The notes below the pieces were generated by a model. The model ran no database searches, was not told the DNA's origin, and worked only from the letters and a program-made list of their open reading frames with translations. Both the position numbers and the translations under genes were made by a program. A stretch of DNA of 64,000 nt, from positions 1 through 64,000 of the IMG/VR virus record IMGVR_UViG_3300027969_000055. One strand, 5' to 3'. Every line of letters begins with the position of its first letter. The first letter of the stretch is position 1. This document shows, piece by piece, positions 37,484 to 46,310 of the stretch. The stretch is from a virus.

Positions 37484-38014
37484 ATGGAAAAAGGACACCA
37501 CATTAATATATTCGATTTCGATGAAACCTTATTTAGGGTTCCCAGTTATACGTGCAGTGAAGCCAAAGGAAAGAGCCCATATGAATGGTTTGACTCAGCT
37601 GAATCACTTGACCAAAAGTTTAATATTTGCGGTATTGCTAATACTATTGACAGAACTGGAGACAATTGTCTTAACTACTTGATAACTCATCGAGTTAAAG
37701 CTTGCGAATCAGCTGTTCTGGATCTACTTTCTGAGTATAATATTAGGTTCGATAAAACCTATTTCTTGGGAAGAGAAAGCGATAAGGCTGAGACCGTCAT
37801 TGAATTGGTAGAAACTACTGAAGCTGACTCAATTACGATATTTGAGGATTCTCTTTGGGAAATCATTAAGTACACCTCTTACTTTTTATATACTGAACTA
37901 AATGCTACTGTCGATTTCATTTTTGTCGATAAGAGCACAGTAATTAAAATAGATTGGGATTCAGCAAGATCCCTAGAAAAATTTTCAAAAGTAGAAAGAT
38001 TAAAATTATTATGA
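37484..38014 (+). CDS. HAD-superfamily phosphatase-like protein
   Basis: FDFDETLF, ITHR, IFEDS. Confidence 0.75.
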   Translation: MEKGHHINIFDFDETLFRVPSYTCSEAKGKSPYEWFDSAESLDQKFNICGIANTIDRTGDNCLNYLITHRVKACESAVLDLLSEYNIRFDKTYFLGRESDKAETVIELVETTEADSITIFEDSLWEIIKYTSYFLYTELNATVDFIFVDKSTVIKIDWDSARSLEKFSKVERLKLL

Positions 38015-38619
38015 TATTATTTGTAGAAGGAGCCAGGCACTGTGGCAAAACATTCTTAATTAACAAATTTATAGAAAACAGTAATGATTCACGGATTGAA
38101 TATTACAAATTCTATTTTGCAGATCACATTAAAACTCTAGATTTAGTAGATTTAGATAATAATTCAAGTTTACACTATTTTAGTTTAGGTAACATTATGA
38201 CCATTATGGAAATGAATCTTAGACCTGAATACAAAGATAAAATTTGGATATTTGACAGAGCAATTATATCTGCCTATACTTGGGCAATTCTGCGAAAGAG
38301 ATTAAGCCGAAATAAAGCCGAACTTGAATTTTTAAAGTTATTAAATACAACACTATATTCAAATTCCAAGACTTTGGTGGTTACTGTAGCTGGTCAAACT
38401 GGAGACTCTAATCGAGTTAAAGATACTTGGGATGGAGCTCATTCAACGGTTGAAGAACAAAGATTAATGGCTCATTTAATTGAGTTAGGAATGACTGACT
38501 TAGCAAATTCAGCTAAAAATAACAAACTAAGCATCGTTTTTAATAGATTTGATGAAGACTCGATCAAATCCTTTAATCAAGAGTGCTATGCATTATTAGG
38601 AATAGAGCCTAATAAATAA
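38011..38619 (+). CDS. P-loop nucleotide kinase (dNMP/thymidylate kinase-like)
   Basis: Start moved to ATG 38011; VEGARHCGKT, IFDR. Confidence 0.7.
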   Translation: MILFVEGARHCGKTFLINKFIENSNDSRIEYYKFYFADHIKTLDLVDLDNNSSLHYFSLGNIMTIMEMNLRPEYKDKIWIFDRAIISAYTWAILRKRLSRNKAELEFLKLLNTTLYSNSKTLVVTVAGQTGDSNRVKDTWDGAHSTVEEQRLMAHLIELGMTDLANSAKNNKLSIVFNRFDEDSIKSFNQECYALLGIEPNK

Positions 38620-38624
38620 CCAAT

Positions 38625-40505
38625 ATGGCAGGACTATCGCACTTAAGAGATGTTTATGAAAAACGTGGAAAAGAATTTTTAGAAAATCTTCTTAATAAGA
38701 CCGTTATCATTAATGAAAAAAATGACGGCGCCTATTTTGGTGCCAAAAGAGATGCAAAACAGAATAACTTTAACTTCTTTAAAAAAGACAGCAAAATTGG
38801 TTACATCGACCGAGTTCTTAGTAAGTACTACGAGCCGGGCATTAGACATTTTGAAAGTATTGGGGGTAATTTAACCTCAATACCTGAAAATTATGTATTT
38901 GGAATGGACTATAATCCTTCTAAAGAGATACCTTTAACTCTAAGTCATATTAAAGTACTTGATGAAAATTATCAAACTTCTAAACTTATCCATAATAAAA
39001 CTGAATTGGATAAATGGGCTGGAGTACTTGGAGTTAACTCACCAACTATTATATTTCAAGGAAAATTAAATGACGAGCAAAAGGTAAAAATTCAAGAATT
39101 TATATTTACTAGCTTACCAATGCTGGCTGAGAAATTTAAAACTCAATCATTTAGCAAACACATTTTATCAGTATTAAATCCAGTAGTTGATGAAAATTCT
39201 CAACCTGAATTAAGTGATAGAGAAATTAGTGAAATTGTATTTAGATTCTTTGATGAAGAGGATCCAATTGGAGATTCGTCTACTCTAGCAAAGATTATTG
39301 ATCCAGTATTTTATGATAATGCAAAGAATCTTCCTCAGGAAAAGTTTCAAAAGAAGAGTGATGATTATGTTTGGATTATTGTTACTGACTTAATGAATTT
39401 TATTGAAAGCTATCGAATGTCCGATCTTAGAAGTTTTACAATTTCTGGAGAAACGGCTGACGAGCGATTTGTTTCATTAATTAATCATCTCTTTATTGAG
39501 TTCATTAAGGAATACGGAGATAAATTTAATGATTTAGAAATTCAAATACCTCAGTTTTTAACTAGACCTGAATTTGATATTAATCCGGACCTAATTAATG
39601 ATCAAACTGTAATTGATATACTTGGTAAGAATCCTAACTACAAAGAAATTTACAGAATATTCATTAATATTTTTAGAAAAAAGAAAATCAAAGTTAATTC
39701 AACTCTATTTACTGATGCAATGAAATCTAATTTAATTGATCAAATTGATAAACTTTCAAAAGTTGCAATGGGAGATCAATTATTTGAAAATTACTTTCCG
39801 TCATTTAGTGAATTTGTTGGAGACGATAAAGCCCCTGGATATTTTGAAACATACGATGTTGCTGAAAATGAAGAGCGTAAAGTAAAAAAGGTTAATCTAT
39901 TAGTATCAGATTTTCAACCAATACACAAAGGCCATCTTAAAAATGCAAAACTGTTAACTGAAAAAAATGGGCTACCTACTCTATTTGTATGCGTACACCC
40001 TGGAAAATCTGGAAAAATGTTTCCATTTAAGAAAGAAACTTTAAACAATTCATTATCTAAATTAGCTGCACATGATAAACAAAATATTGCTGGTCATGTA
40101 ATGGTAAAAGATGGAAATATTGAAACTATTCTAAAGGCAATAAAGCCAGGATTTGAACCGCTAAGTATAGCAGCTGAACCTAGTAGAATAAAAGATCTAG
40201 CACTACAATTAGAACTTGCAAAAAAGAGATCTAGAAACCTAAATATTAAACGAGATACTCGATTAATTGAATTACCTATAACAACAGTCGGCGATTCAAT
40301 CTTAATGTCAATTAAGGACAGAGATTTTGCAGCATTTAAAGAAGCATCGCCATCTCCGATCCATTCAGAATTCTATAATCTAAATAAAGACTTAATTGAA
40401 TCTTTAAATGAAAGCGTAAATGAGCAAATACCTGATGCAGAGACTGAAATAGTTTCAGGAGTAACATTTTCTACGCCAGAACCAATAATCCAAATAGAAT
40501 CATAA
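38625..40505 (+). CDS. fusion of ligase-like nucleotidyltransferase fold and HxGH cytidylyltransferase-like domain
   Basis: EKNDG (KxDG motif I), IFQGKL, EIVFRF, LAKIID; C-terminal FQPIHKGH. Confidence 0.65.
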   Translation: MAGLSHLRDVYEKRGKEFLENLLNKTVIINEKNDGAYFGAKRDAKQNNFNFFKKDSKIGYIDRVLSKYYEPGIRHFESIGGNLTSIPENYVFGMDYNPSKEIPLTLSHIKVLDENYQTSKLIHNKTELDKWAGVLGVNSPTIIFQGKLNDEQKVKIQEFIFTSLPMLAEKFKTQSFSKHILSVLNPVVDENSQPELSDREISEIVFRFFDEEDPIGDSSTLAKIIDPVFYDNAKNLPQEKFQKKSDDYVWIIVTDLMNFIESYRMSDLRSFTISGETADERFVSLINHLFIEFIKEYGDKFNDLEIQIPQFLTRPEFDINPDLINDQTVIDILGKNPNYKEIYRIFINIFRKKKIKVNSTLFTDAMKSNLIDQIDKLSKVAMGDQLFENYFPSFSEFVGDDKAPGYFETYDVAENEERKVKKVNLLVSDFQPIHKGHLKNAKLLTEKNGLPTLFVCVHPGKSGKMFPFKKETLNNSLSKLAAHDKQNIAGHVMVKDGNIETILKAIKPGFEPLSIAAEPSRIKDLALQLELAKKRSRNLNIKRDTRLIELPITTVGDSILMSIKDRDFAAFKEASPSPIHSEFYNLNKDLIESLNESVNEQIPDAETEIVSGVTFSTPEPIIQIES

Positions 40506-40524
40506 ACCTATTTAATTTTTGAAT

Positions 40525-40559
40525 AAAAAAAGCTCCAATTTTAAAATTGGAGCTTTTTT
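40525..40559. terminator. bidirectional intrinsic terminator
   Basis: AAAAAAAGCTCCAATT/AATTGGAGCTTTTTT between convergent genes. Confidence 0.8.
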
Positions 40560-40591
40560 ATGCAACATAGACAGAGTGTCTATGTAGGTGT

Positions 40592-42163
40592 CTATGTTAA
40601 GGTTGTAAATTCTCCCTTGATGAAGTTAATATGTTGAGCCTTACCATCATGGTGAATGATTACATGTGATTGGAGCCATCCACTTGGACCTACATTATAG
40701 TTAACTCTTAGTTTAGTAGAGGTCCCGACAGCTAGCGCGCCATCCCTACGCCCAGGAGAATGGTAATGGCCTACGATAATTTTAGTATTTAGTTTACGAA
40801 ATTGAAGAAGAGATCCACGAGAACCGTTTGAACCTACATCTCCGTGCTGAGCTAATTCCCAACCGTTTACTACAAGACTATCGCTTCTTCCTAATGTTTT
40901 AAATTTAGGAAATTTTTGATTGATTAGGTATGGAATAACTCCATTTGGTGCAACTCCTCTTAATAAGAGAGCACTATATTCCATATATTCCAAAGAATTC
41001 TTTAAGGTTGATGCTTTTCTCCAATCAGTAGATTTTAACCAACGATCTAAAAAATCATCATGATTACTTCTGACAATTGATACATTATAATCTTTAAAAT
41101 CTTCAAGCCCATTTAACATTGCATCAATTTCTTTTCTTAAAGAATTTGAACCGTCTAATTCTCGACGGTATTGCATAAATGGATCATTTATCTCATGATG
41201 ATTAATTGAGAGTCCATCAAATACATCATGTAGAATAACATTTTCAGGTTTTAATTTCTTAAATAGGTCTAGAGTTTTGGAAATTACACGCGGATCGTGT
41301 TGACCATAGTGTAAATCTCCTAAAACCGCAACTGCGATTGAAGTTACCTGACTAATTTCACTGGTTTCAAGGTCTTCATTATATTCAACTCTATTATAGA
41401 GATCAGTAAAATTTCCATCCTCAGTTGCGGTTACTTGCCTAGCAAAAAAGGTATTTACGTCCTTTATTTCAATAACCACAAAACCTAGAGTATGATGAAA
41501 TTCTCCCTTTTTACCTGATTTAGAGTCAGTGTAGTTAGATACAGTACAGGCTCCAGTGGTCATCATCATTTTTGGAAGATTACCTTCCAATACTGGAATT
41601 GTTTCTAGATGTACTCTAGGCGACCCAAATACGCATGAATTAATACCACTCATTCCTTGTAAACCAGTCATTGGATCAACTGAGGTTGGCTGAATCTTAA
41701 TGTCTGACATGATCCACATGTGTTTATGGACTTCATGGCGACCAGCATCTAGATAAGTTTCGATTCTTTCAGCCCAAGTTTCATAATTTTTATCAGAAAA
41801 TACAGAAGTTGGGTTTTTATATCTACCGGCAATTACATGAATGTCTGCATTAATGTGCTCTGCGTACTTTTCAAGATTTGATATAAATTCTTCATGTGCT
41901 GGTGTATCATTTTGAGCCCAGGTGATGATAAATCGCTTTTTCTTTTTATTAAACTTACGTTCTCTAGCTTTAATTAATTGTGGAGACTCCTGTATTGAAC
42001 TTTCGGTTATTCCAAGTTTGGCTAACCACTTTTGTACAGTTCTTTCAGATTTATTAAGAAACTGACTCAATTCTTTCATTCGATTATCCCAGCTTATGTC
42101 CTTATTCCAATAGAGCTCAGACAGTGTTGAAATATCCTCTGGTGTTAATTCTTCAAACTTCAT
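40592..42163 (-). CDS. HTH plus metallophosphoesterase-domain protein
   Basis: KSERTVQKW HTH; GDLHYG, LHDVFDG, SNHDD, QHGD, GHYHS. Confidence 0.75.
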   Translation of the reverse strand: MKFEELTPEDISTLSELYWNKDISWDNRMKELSQFLNKSERTVQKWLAKLGITESSIQESPQLIKARERKFNKKKKRFIITWAQNDTPAHEEFISNLEKYAEHINADIHVIAGRYKNPTSVFSDKNYETWAERIETYLDAGRHEVHKHMWIMSDIKIQPTSVDPMTGLQGMSGINSCVFGSPRVHLETIPVLEGNLPKMMMTTGACTVSNYTDSKSGKKGEFHHTLGFVVIEIKDVNTFFARQVTATEDGNFTDLYNRVEYNEDLETSEISQVTSIAVAVLGDLHYGQHDPRVISKTLDLFKKLKPENVILHDVFDGLSINHHEINDPFMQYRRELDGSNSLRKEIDAMLNGLEDFKDYNVSIVRSNHDDFLDRWLKSTDWRKASTLKNSLEYMEYSALLLRGVAPNGVIPYLINQKFPKFKTLGRSDSLVVNGWELAQHGDVGSNGSRGSLLQFRKLNTKIIVGHYHSPGRRDGALAVGTSTKLRVNYNVGPSGWLQSHVIIHHDGKAQHINFIKGEFTTLT

Positions 42164-42262
42164 TAATTCATATAGTTTTATTAATTACTTATATTTAACA
42201 ATCAGATAAAGTTTTAGCCGAAGATTCTAGAAGTTGAGTTAGATCGGCTAATAAATAACTCT

Positions 42263-42445
42263 ATGGAAAAGACGGCTAAAAATATTGATAACTACCGAAA
42301 GGGTAAAGAACCTTTAAAAAATGCAGTTATGCAACATCCAACTGGTAATGATGTATACGATTTTTTACAAAAGAATATTGAGCGTGACTTCTGGGTAACG
42401 CCTTTTTCAAAATGGCAAAAAGCCCAAAAATATCACAAAAACTAA
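42263..42445 (+). CDS. small hypothetical protein
   Basis: 60 aa, directly after ATAAATAA 42251. Confidence 0.6.
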   Translation: MEKTAKNIDNYRKGKEPLKNAVMQHPTGNDVYDFLQKNIERDFWVTPFSKWQKAQKYHKN

Positions 42446-42864
42446 TGTTCGGATTAGAAGATTTAACAGAACCTCAAACTGGCTCAGAAAATACAATTTC
42501 GTATTTTATGCTATCTCTTATGCAGATAGCTGATCAAGCTAAAATTATACACTGGCAAACTGGGTATGATACAGAACACCGTCACTTTGGAATGTTTTAC
42601 GAAACTTTCATTGAGCAAATGGATACACTAGTAGAGGCAATTGCTGGTAAATACGGTGCACAACACCTTAAATTTGGCGAAGCTGCAATTATGGTATACG
42701 ATTATGAACTATCAAGAACTGAATTTTTTAATTTGGTTCAAGAAGCTCTTCGTGGAACATTTTGCGAGATTTTTGAAAAAGATAAAGACTCTGAATTATA
42801 TAATTTAGTGGACGAAATTCTAGACTTAACTAACAAAACTCAGTATTTACTGCAACAAAAGTAA
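42445..42864 (+). CDS. ferritin/Dps-like protein (DUF5856-like)
   Basis: Start moved to ATG 42445; IIHWQT...HRHFG.FYE....MDTLVE, LYNLVDEI..NKTQYLL. Confidence 0.7.
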   Translation: MFGLEDLTEPQTGSENTISYFMLSLMQIADQAKIIHWQTGYDTEHRHFGMFYETFIEQMDTLVEAIAGKYGAQHLKFGEAAIMVYDYELSRTEFFNLVQEALRGTFCEIFEKDKDSELYNLVDEILDLTNKTQYLLQQK

Positions 42865-42865
42865 T

Positions 42866-44428
42866 ATGTTTCTAAACGTAAAAAGACTATCAATATTCGA
42901 GAAGTTAATTCTTGAAACTGACTTGATTCAAATTGGATCAAGCGTTAGTGGCCTATTGGATAAAGCAAAGGAGGCTAATTCTAGACAAGAAAATGACTCT
43001 AATAAAAAGATTGATATAACTTCTTACGTTAATCAATTATTAGATTACCTGTTTAGCTTGGGAGAAGAAGAGCTTGATGCAAAGTTGAATGATCCAGCTT
43101 TTATGAAGGTGTTTAGTGATCCTAAAGTAAAGGACCTATTTGATACTTATTTTACTTACTTAGAGGATGAATTGCGAGGTTTTCGTGAAGAGTTAAGCCA
43201 AGCACTTAATGAACCTGAAATTAATGTTCAAAAAGTTGAGAAGATAACTCAAAAAATGATGATCTTTGCAGCTAGGACTCAAGTAGTTGAAAGAATTTAC
43301 ACAAAGCAGTCGGAAACTGGCCAATCGGAGTTTAGCACTGAAATTAATGAAAAGGTTAAAAAGATTCAACAAGACCTACTTGATATTTATGCGTTAAAGG
43401 TTATGCTACCAGCTAAAAAAACACAAGAGGCGTATTCACAATATCAAGCGGCCCAAACCGAAGAAGATAAAACTGAGGCGGCTACTAAAATTTTGTTAAG
43501 TATCGAAGCAGCTGACCAAATGTCAGAGGATATGCCGCCTGAGGTAGTTACTGGAATTGAAACAGCAAATGATGAATATCAGAAAAAGATTGAAAATGAT
43601 TTAGGAAAAGAAACCTTAGCAAACATATTATCAGGAGTTCATGTAAATAAAAACGTTGCATCATTGATTCGTAGAATATTTCAGTTTCAATATACAATGT
43701 GGACAAATGAAGATGATATTAACCGAGAAGCAAATTCGCTTAAAGTTAGTATTAACGGTTTTCCTGACGTATCGGAAGATGCTAAAGAATACCTACGTAG
43801 GCTAGTTGAAAATATCCAGGCTGAACTACTTAATAAAGCCAAAAACAAAGAATTTGATACTAAAAAATATAAGGGAATTCATTATGATTTCAATAAGAAA
43901 TTACCCCTATATGAAAGAACTGCACTACCTGTTACAGGTAAACAAATCGCAGATGATTCTAAATTAATGAAATTTAGAAAAGCTTCGCAAGATCTAATGG
44001 CACTTATTTTCGGCGCCGGCGGTGCACCCGATACTGAAACAGGTCGAGCATTTGCGGCAACTGGTAAGCATCTACACACGATCTATGCAAAAAGTCTCAA
44101 CGGCTTAGGTAAAGTTATCGGAAAAGCAATTGGAGGTAGAGAAGGTGAAATGAAGGCTGATGCTTATACTCGAATGTTTATATTAGACACATCAGTAGTT
44201 GATCAGAAAAAACCAAAACAAGTTAGTGAAGACGGCGGAGTATCTGCCCCAGGAGTAGCTATTCAAACCCCAGGCTCAATTGGATCAATGGGACCAATTA
44301 CACCGCCTACTCAAACTACATTAGGTTCAGGAGATAACTTTGGACCAAAAATTAATAAAAAGAAAACCAAAAAATCTTCATCCATTCTTGGATTTGCGGA
44401 TTTTATAAAAGAACAAAATAATTTATAA
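42866..44428 (+). CDS. helical hypothetical protein with capsid N-arm-like C-terminus
   Basis: 520 aa; APGVAIQTPGSIGSMGPITPPT..GSGDNF and terminal ILGFADFIKE. Confidence 0.75.
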   Translation: MFLNVKRLSIFEKLILETDLIQIGSSVSGLLDKAKEANSRQENDSNKKIDITSYVNQLLDYLFSLGEEELDAKLNDPAFMKVFSDPKVKDLFDTYFTYLEDELRGFREELSQALNEPEINVQKVEKITQKMMIFAARTQVVERIYTKQSETGQSEFSTEINEKVKKIQQDLLDIYALKVMLPAKKTQEAYSQYQAAQTEEDKTEAATKILLSIEAADQMSEDMPPEVVTGIETANDEYQKKIENDLGKETLANILSGVHVNKNVASLIRRIFQFQYTMWTNEDDINREANSLKVSINGFPDVSEDAKEYLRRLVENIQAELLNKAKNKEFDTKKYKGIHYDFNKKLPLYERTALPVTGKQIADDSKLMKFRKASQDLMALIFGAGGAPDTETGRAFAATGKHLHTIYAKSLNGLGKVIGKAIGGREGEMKADAYTRMFILDTSVVDQKKPKQVSEDGGVSAPGVAIQTPGSIGSMGPITPPTQTTLGSGDNFGPKINKKKTKKSSSILGFADFIKEQNNL

Positions 44429-44430
44429 AA

Positions 44431-44868
44431 ATGAAATTAGTTAAAACATTTGAAAACTTTATGCATAGTGGGCCGGATACTGCTCATCAAGCTAACACCT
44501 TAGACATTCCACAACACGCTGCTGGAATGGACCATGAGTCTAATCATGAAGTTGAGAACTATATGTTCTTTGGAAATTTAAAAACACTTCAGCGTTTAAT
44601 TAATATCATGTTGGAAATGGACCCAATGAAGGTTGATCAAATATTAAAAAATGGTCATAATTGGGCAGAAGACCATATAACATCATCAAAAGATGATATT
44701 GAAGAAGTTGCAGATTTCTTAATGGGAGAAATGACCGAAAAGGAAACTTACGAATCTAGCACAATGTCATATTCATGTAATGAATGTGGTACAATGTATG
44801 AAGCGCATGAGATTAATGAAGACCACCTGTGCTCATGTGGTAGTAAATTAGAAGAAAATTGGGGATAA
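44431..44868 (+). CDS. hypothetical protein with C-terminal zinc ribbon
   Basis: MKLVKTFENF; GHNWAEDHI; CNECG...CSCG. Confidence 0.7.
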   Translation: MKLVKTFENFMHSGPDTAHQANTLDIPQHAAGMDHESNHEVENYMFFGNLKTLQRLINIMLEMDPMKVDQILKNGHNWAEDHITSSKDDIEEVADFLMGEMTEKETYESSTMSYSCNECGTMYEAHEINEDHLCSCGSKLEENWG

Positions 44869-44870
44869 TT

Positions 44871-45344
44871 ATGAAAAACAATTACGTTAAACCTTTCGGT
44901 ATATTTAATGAGTCATTAGAAGAGTCAGTATCTGCTGGTTCAAATTGGTATTATGGAATAGCTGATTGCCATGGATTAGAATCCTTTATGAAGGAACCAG
45001 ATATGGCTGATGCAAATGAGTTAGATGACCTATTTGACTTGGGGCTTAGTGATACTGATTCAAAAAACGATCCTGTTAAAAAGGAGTATGTTGGTAATTT
45101 ATCAATGATGCAAATGCGCTGTAGATACAATGGTCAACGTCATCCGGTTGTTTATAGAGCCAAATTATCAGAAGACGATGCCGATATGGTACAAGATCTA
45201 TTAGATAGCGGTGACTATATTAATGCACTTAATGTAGTTAAGGGAAATTCACAAGAAGTTCAATTAGCCAGAGGTGGAAATGGCTCAGCTGAAAAAGCTT
45301 GGAAGATGATTCCAAATCCGGATTTGGATCCAATGCACTATTAA
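44871..45344 (+). CDS. hypothetical protein
   Basis: Start moved to ATG 44871; GIADCHGLESF, IPNPDLDP. Confidence 0.7.
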   Translation: MKNNYVKPFGIFNESLEESVSAGSNWYYGIADCHGLESFMKEPDMADANELDDLFDLGLSDTDSKNDPVKKEYVGNLSMMQMRCRYNGQRHPVVYRAKLSEDDADMVQDLLDSGDYINALNVVKGNSQEVQLARGGNGSAEKAWKMIPNPDLDPMHY

Positions 45345-45378
45345 CAAATAAATATTAAAAAATATAAACCAAAAAACA

Positions 45379-45684
45379 ATGAAGCTCTCAGTAGGTGACA
45401 AAATTAGGATTCACGTAGATGTGGAAGAAATGCAAAACGATTTGCTTGAAATGGTAGATGGCCAAGAAGCAATCGTTACCGAAATCTATCAAAATAGTTA
45501 TGAACCTGATGTCGATCGAATTGAAGTTGAATTAGTTAATCCAGTTGAGTTTCATGGACAAAACCTAGTGGTTGTTCCAGGTTTATATATGGATAATATT
45601 GAAAAGATTGAAAAAATTCAAGAAAGCAAGAAAACTAGTAACCGCTACTTACGTAGATTCGTTGGCACTTTTGCAAATTATTAA
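45379..45684 (+). CDS. SH3/KOW-like hypothetical protein
   Basis: LSVGDKIRI...GQEAIVTEI. Confidence 0.65.
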   Translation: MKLSVGDKIRIHVDVEEMQNDLLEMVDGQEAIVTEIYQNSYEPDVDRIEVELVNPVEFHGQNLVVVPGLYMDNIEKIEKIQESKKTSNRYLRRFVGTFANY

Positions 45685-45686
45685 TT

Positions 45687-46214
45687 ATGAAGTCAGGTAT
45701 AAAATTGTTTGAAGCATTTTACGGAAAGGATTATTTAGAGCATGAATTTCACAAGTATGATATTGACGTTGAGTTCTATAGGACAGTTATTAGGTATCCA
45801 GCCGGTACAGACGTGGCAGATTTAGCCGAATTAGGCTTAGCTGACAATGTTGCTGAGATTGAAGATATTAGTTTTAATACAGTTAAGATTACCTATGAGA
45901 TGAAACCTTATTTTGATAATGAGGGAATTCCTGAAATTGACTTTATATTAAGGACTGTTTATATTGCTGGCGAGTATTCAATATGGGATGATAATATGGA
46001 GGAAGAAGATCGACATGACTTTGAAATTGAAGATGCTGGACCATTTGATGGTAGATTTCAAGTAAAATGGGGCGGATTACCCTTTTATCCAAAAAATATA
46101 TCGATTAGTGTTCCGTGGTCAACTATTAAAAATGGGGTTCAAACTAAACACCCATTTGACCCAAATGCACCAGAACCATCTAAATTTGGATATGAAATTG
46201 AAATTGGTGAATAA
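45687..46214 (+). CDS. acidic hypothetical protein (putative internal head protein)
   Basis: MKSGIKLFEAF. Confidence 0.7.
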   Translation: MKSGIKLFEAFYGKDYLEHEFHKYDIDVEFYRTVIRYPAGTDVADLAELGLADNVAEIEDISFNTVKITYEMKPYFDNEGIPEIDFILRTVYIAGEYSIWDDNMEEEDRHDFEIEDAGPFDGRFQVKWGGLPFYPKNISISVPWSTIKNGVQTKHPFDPNAPEPSKFGYEIEIGE

Positions 46215-46237
46215 TACTTAAATCTATTGATATTTAC

Positions 46238-46268
46238 AAAAGGAAGGTCTTACAATCTTCCTTTTTTT
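46238..46268 (+). terminator. intrinsic terminator
   Basis: AAAAGGAAG/CTTCCTTTT stem plus T-run. Confidence 0.7.
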
Positions 46269-46278
46269 ATTTAGGTCG

Positions 46279-46286
46279 ATAAATAA
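46279..46286 (+). promoter_or_regulatory. late promoter for baseplate operon
   Basis: ATAAATAA between terminator and ATG 46311. Confidence 0.7.
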
Positions 46287-46310
46287 CCTTATAAAAAATA
46301 GTTTAATAAT

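Noticed and set aside
40564-40597. ACATAGACA/TGTCTATGT hairpin with a duplicated right arm
   Set aside because: Short, adjacent to a terminator, and no second occurrence found
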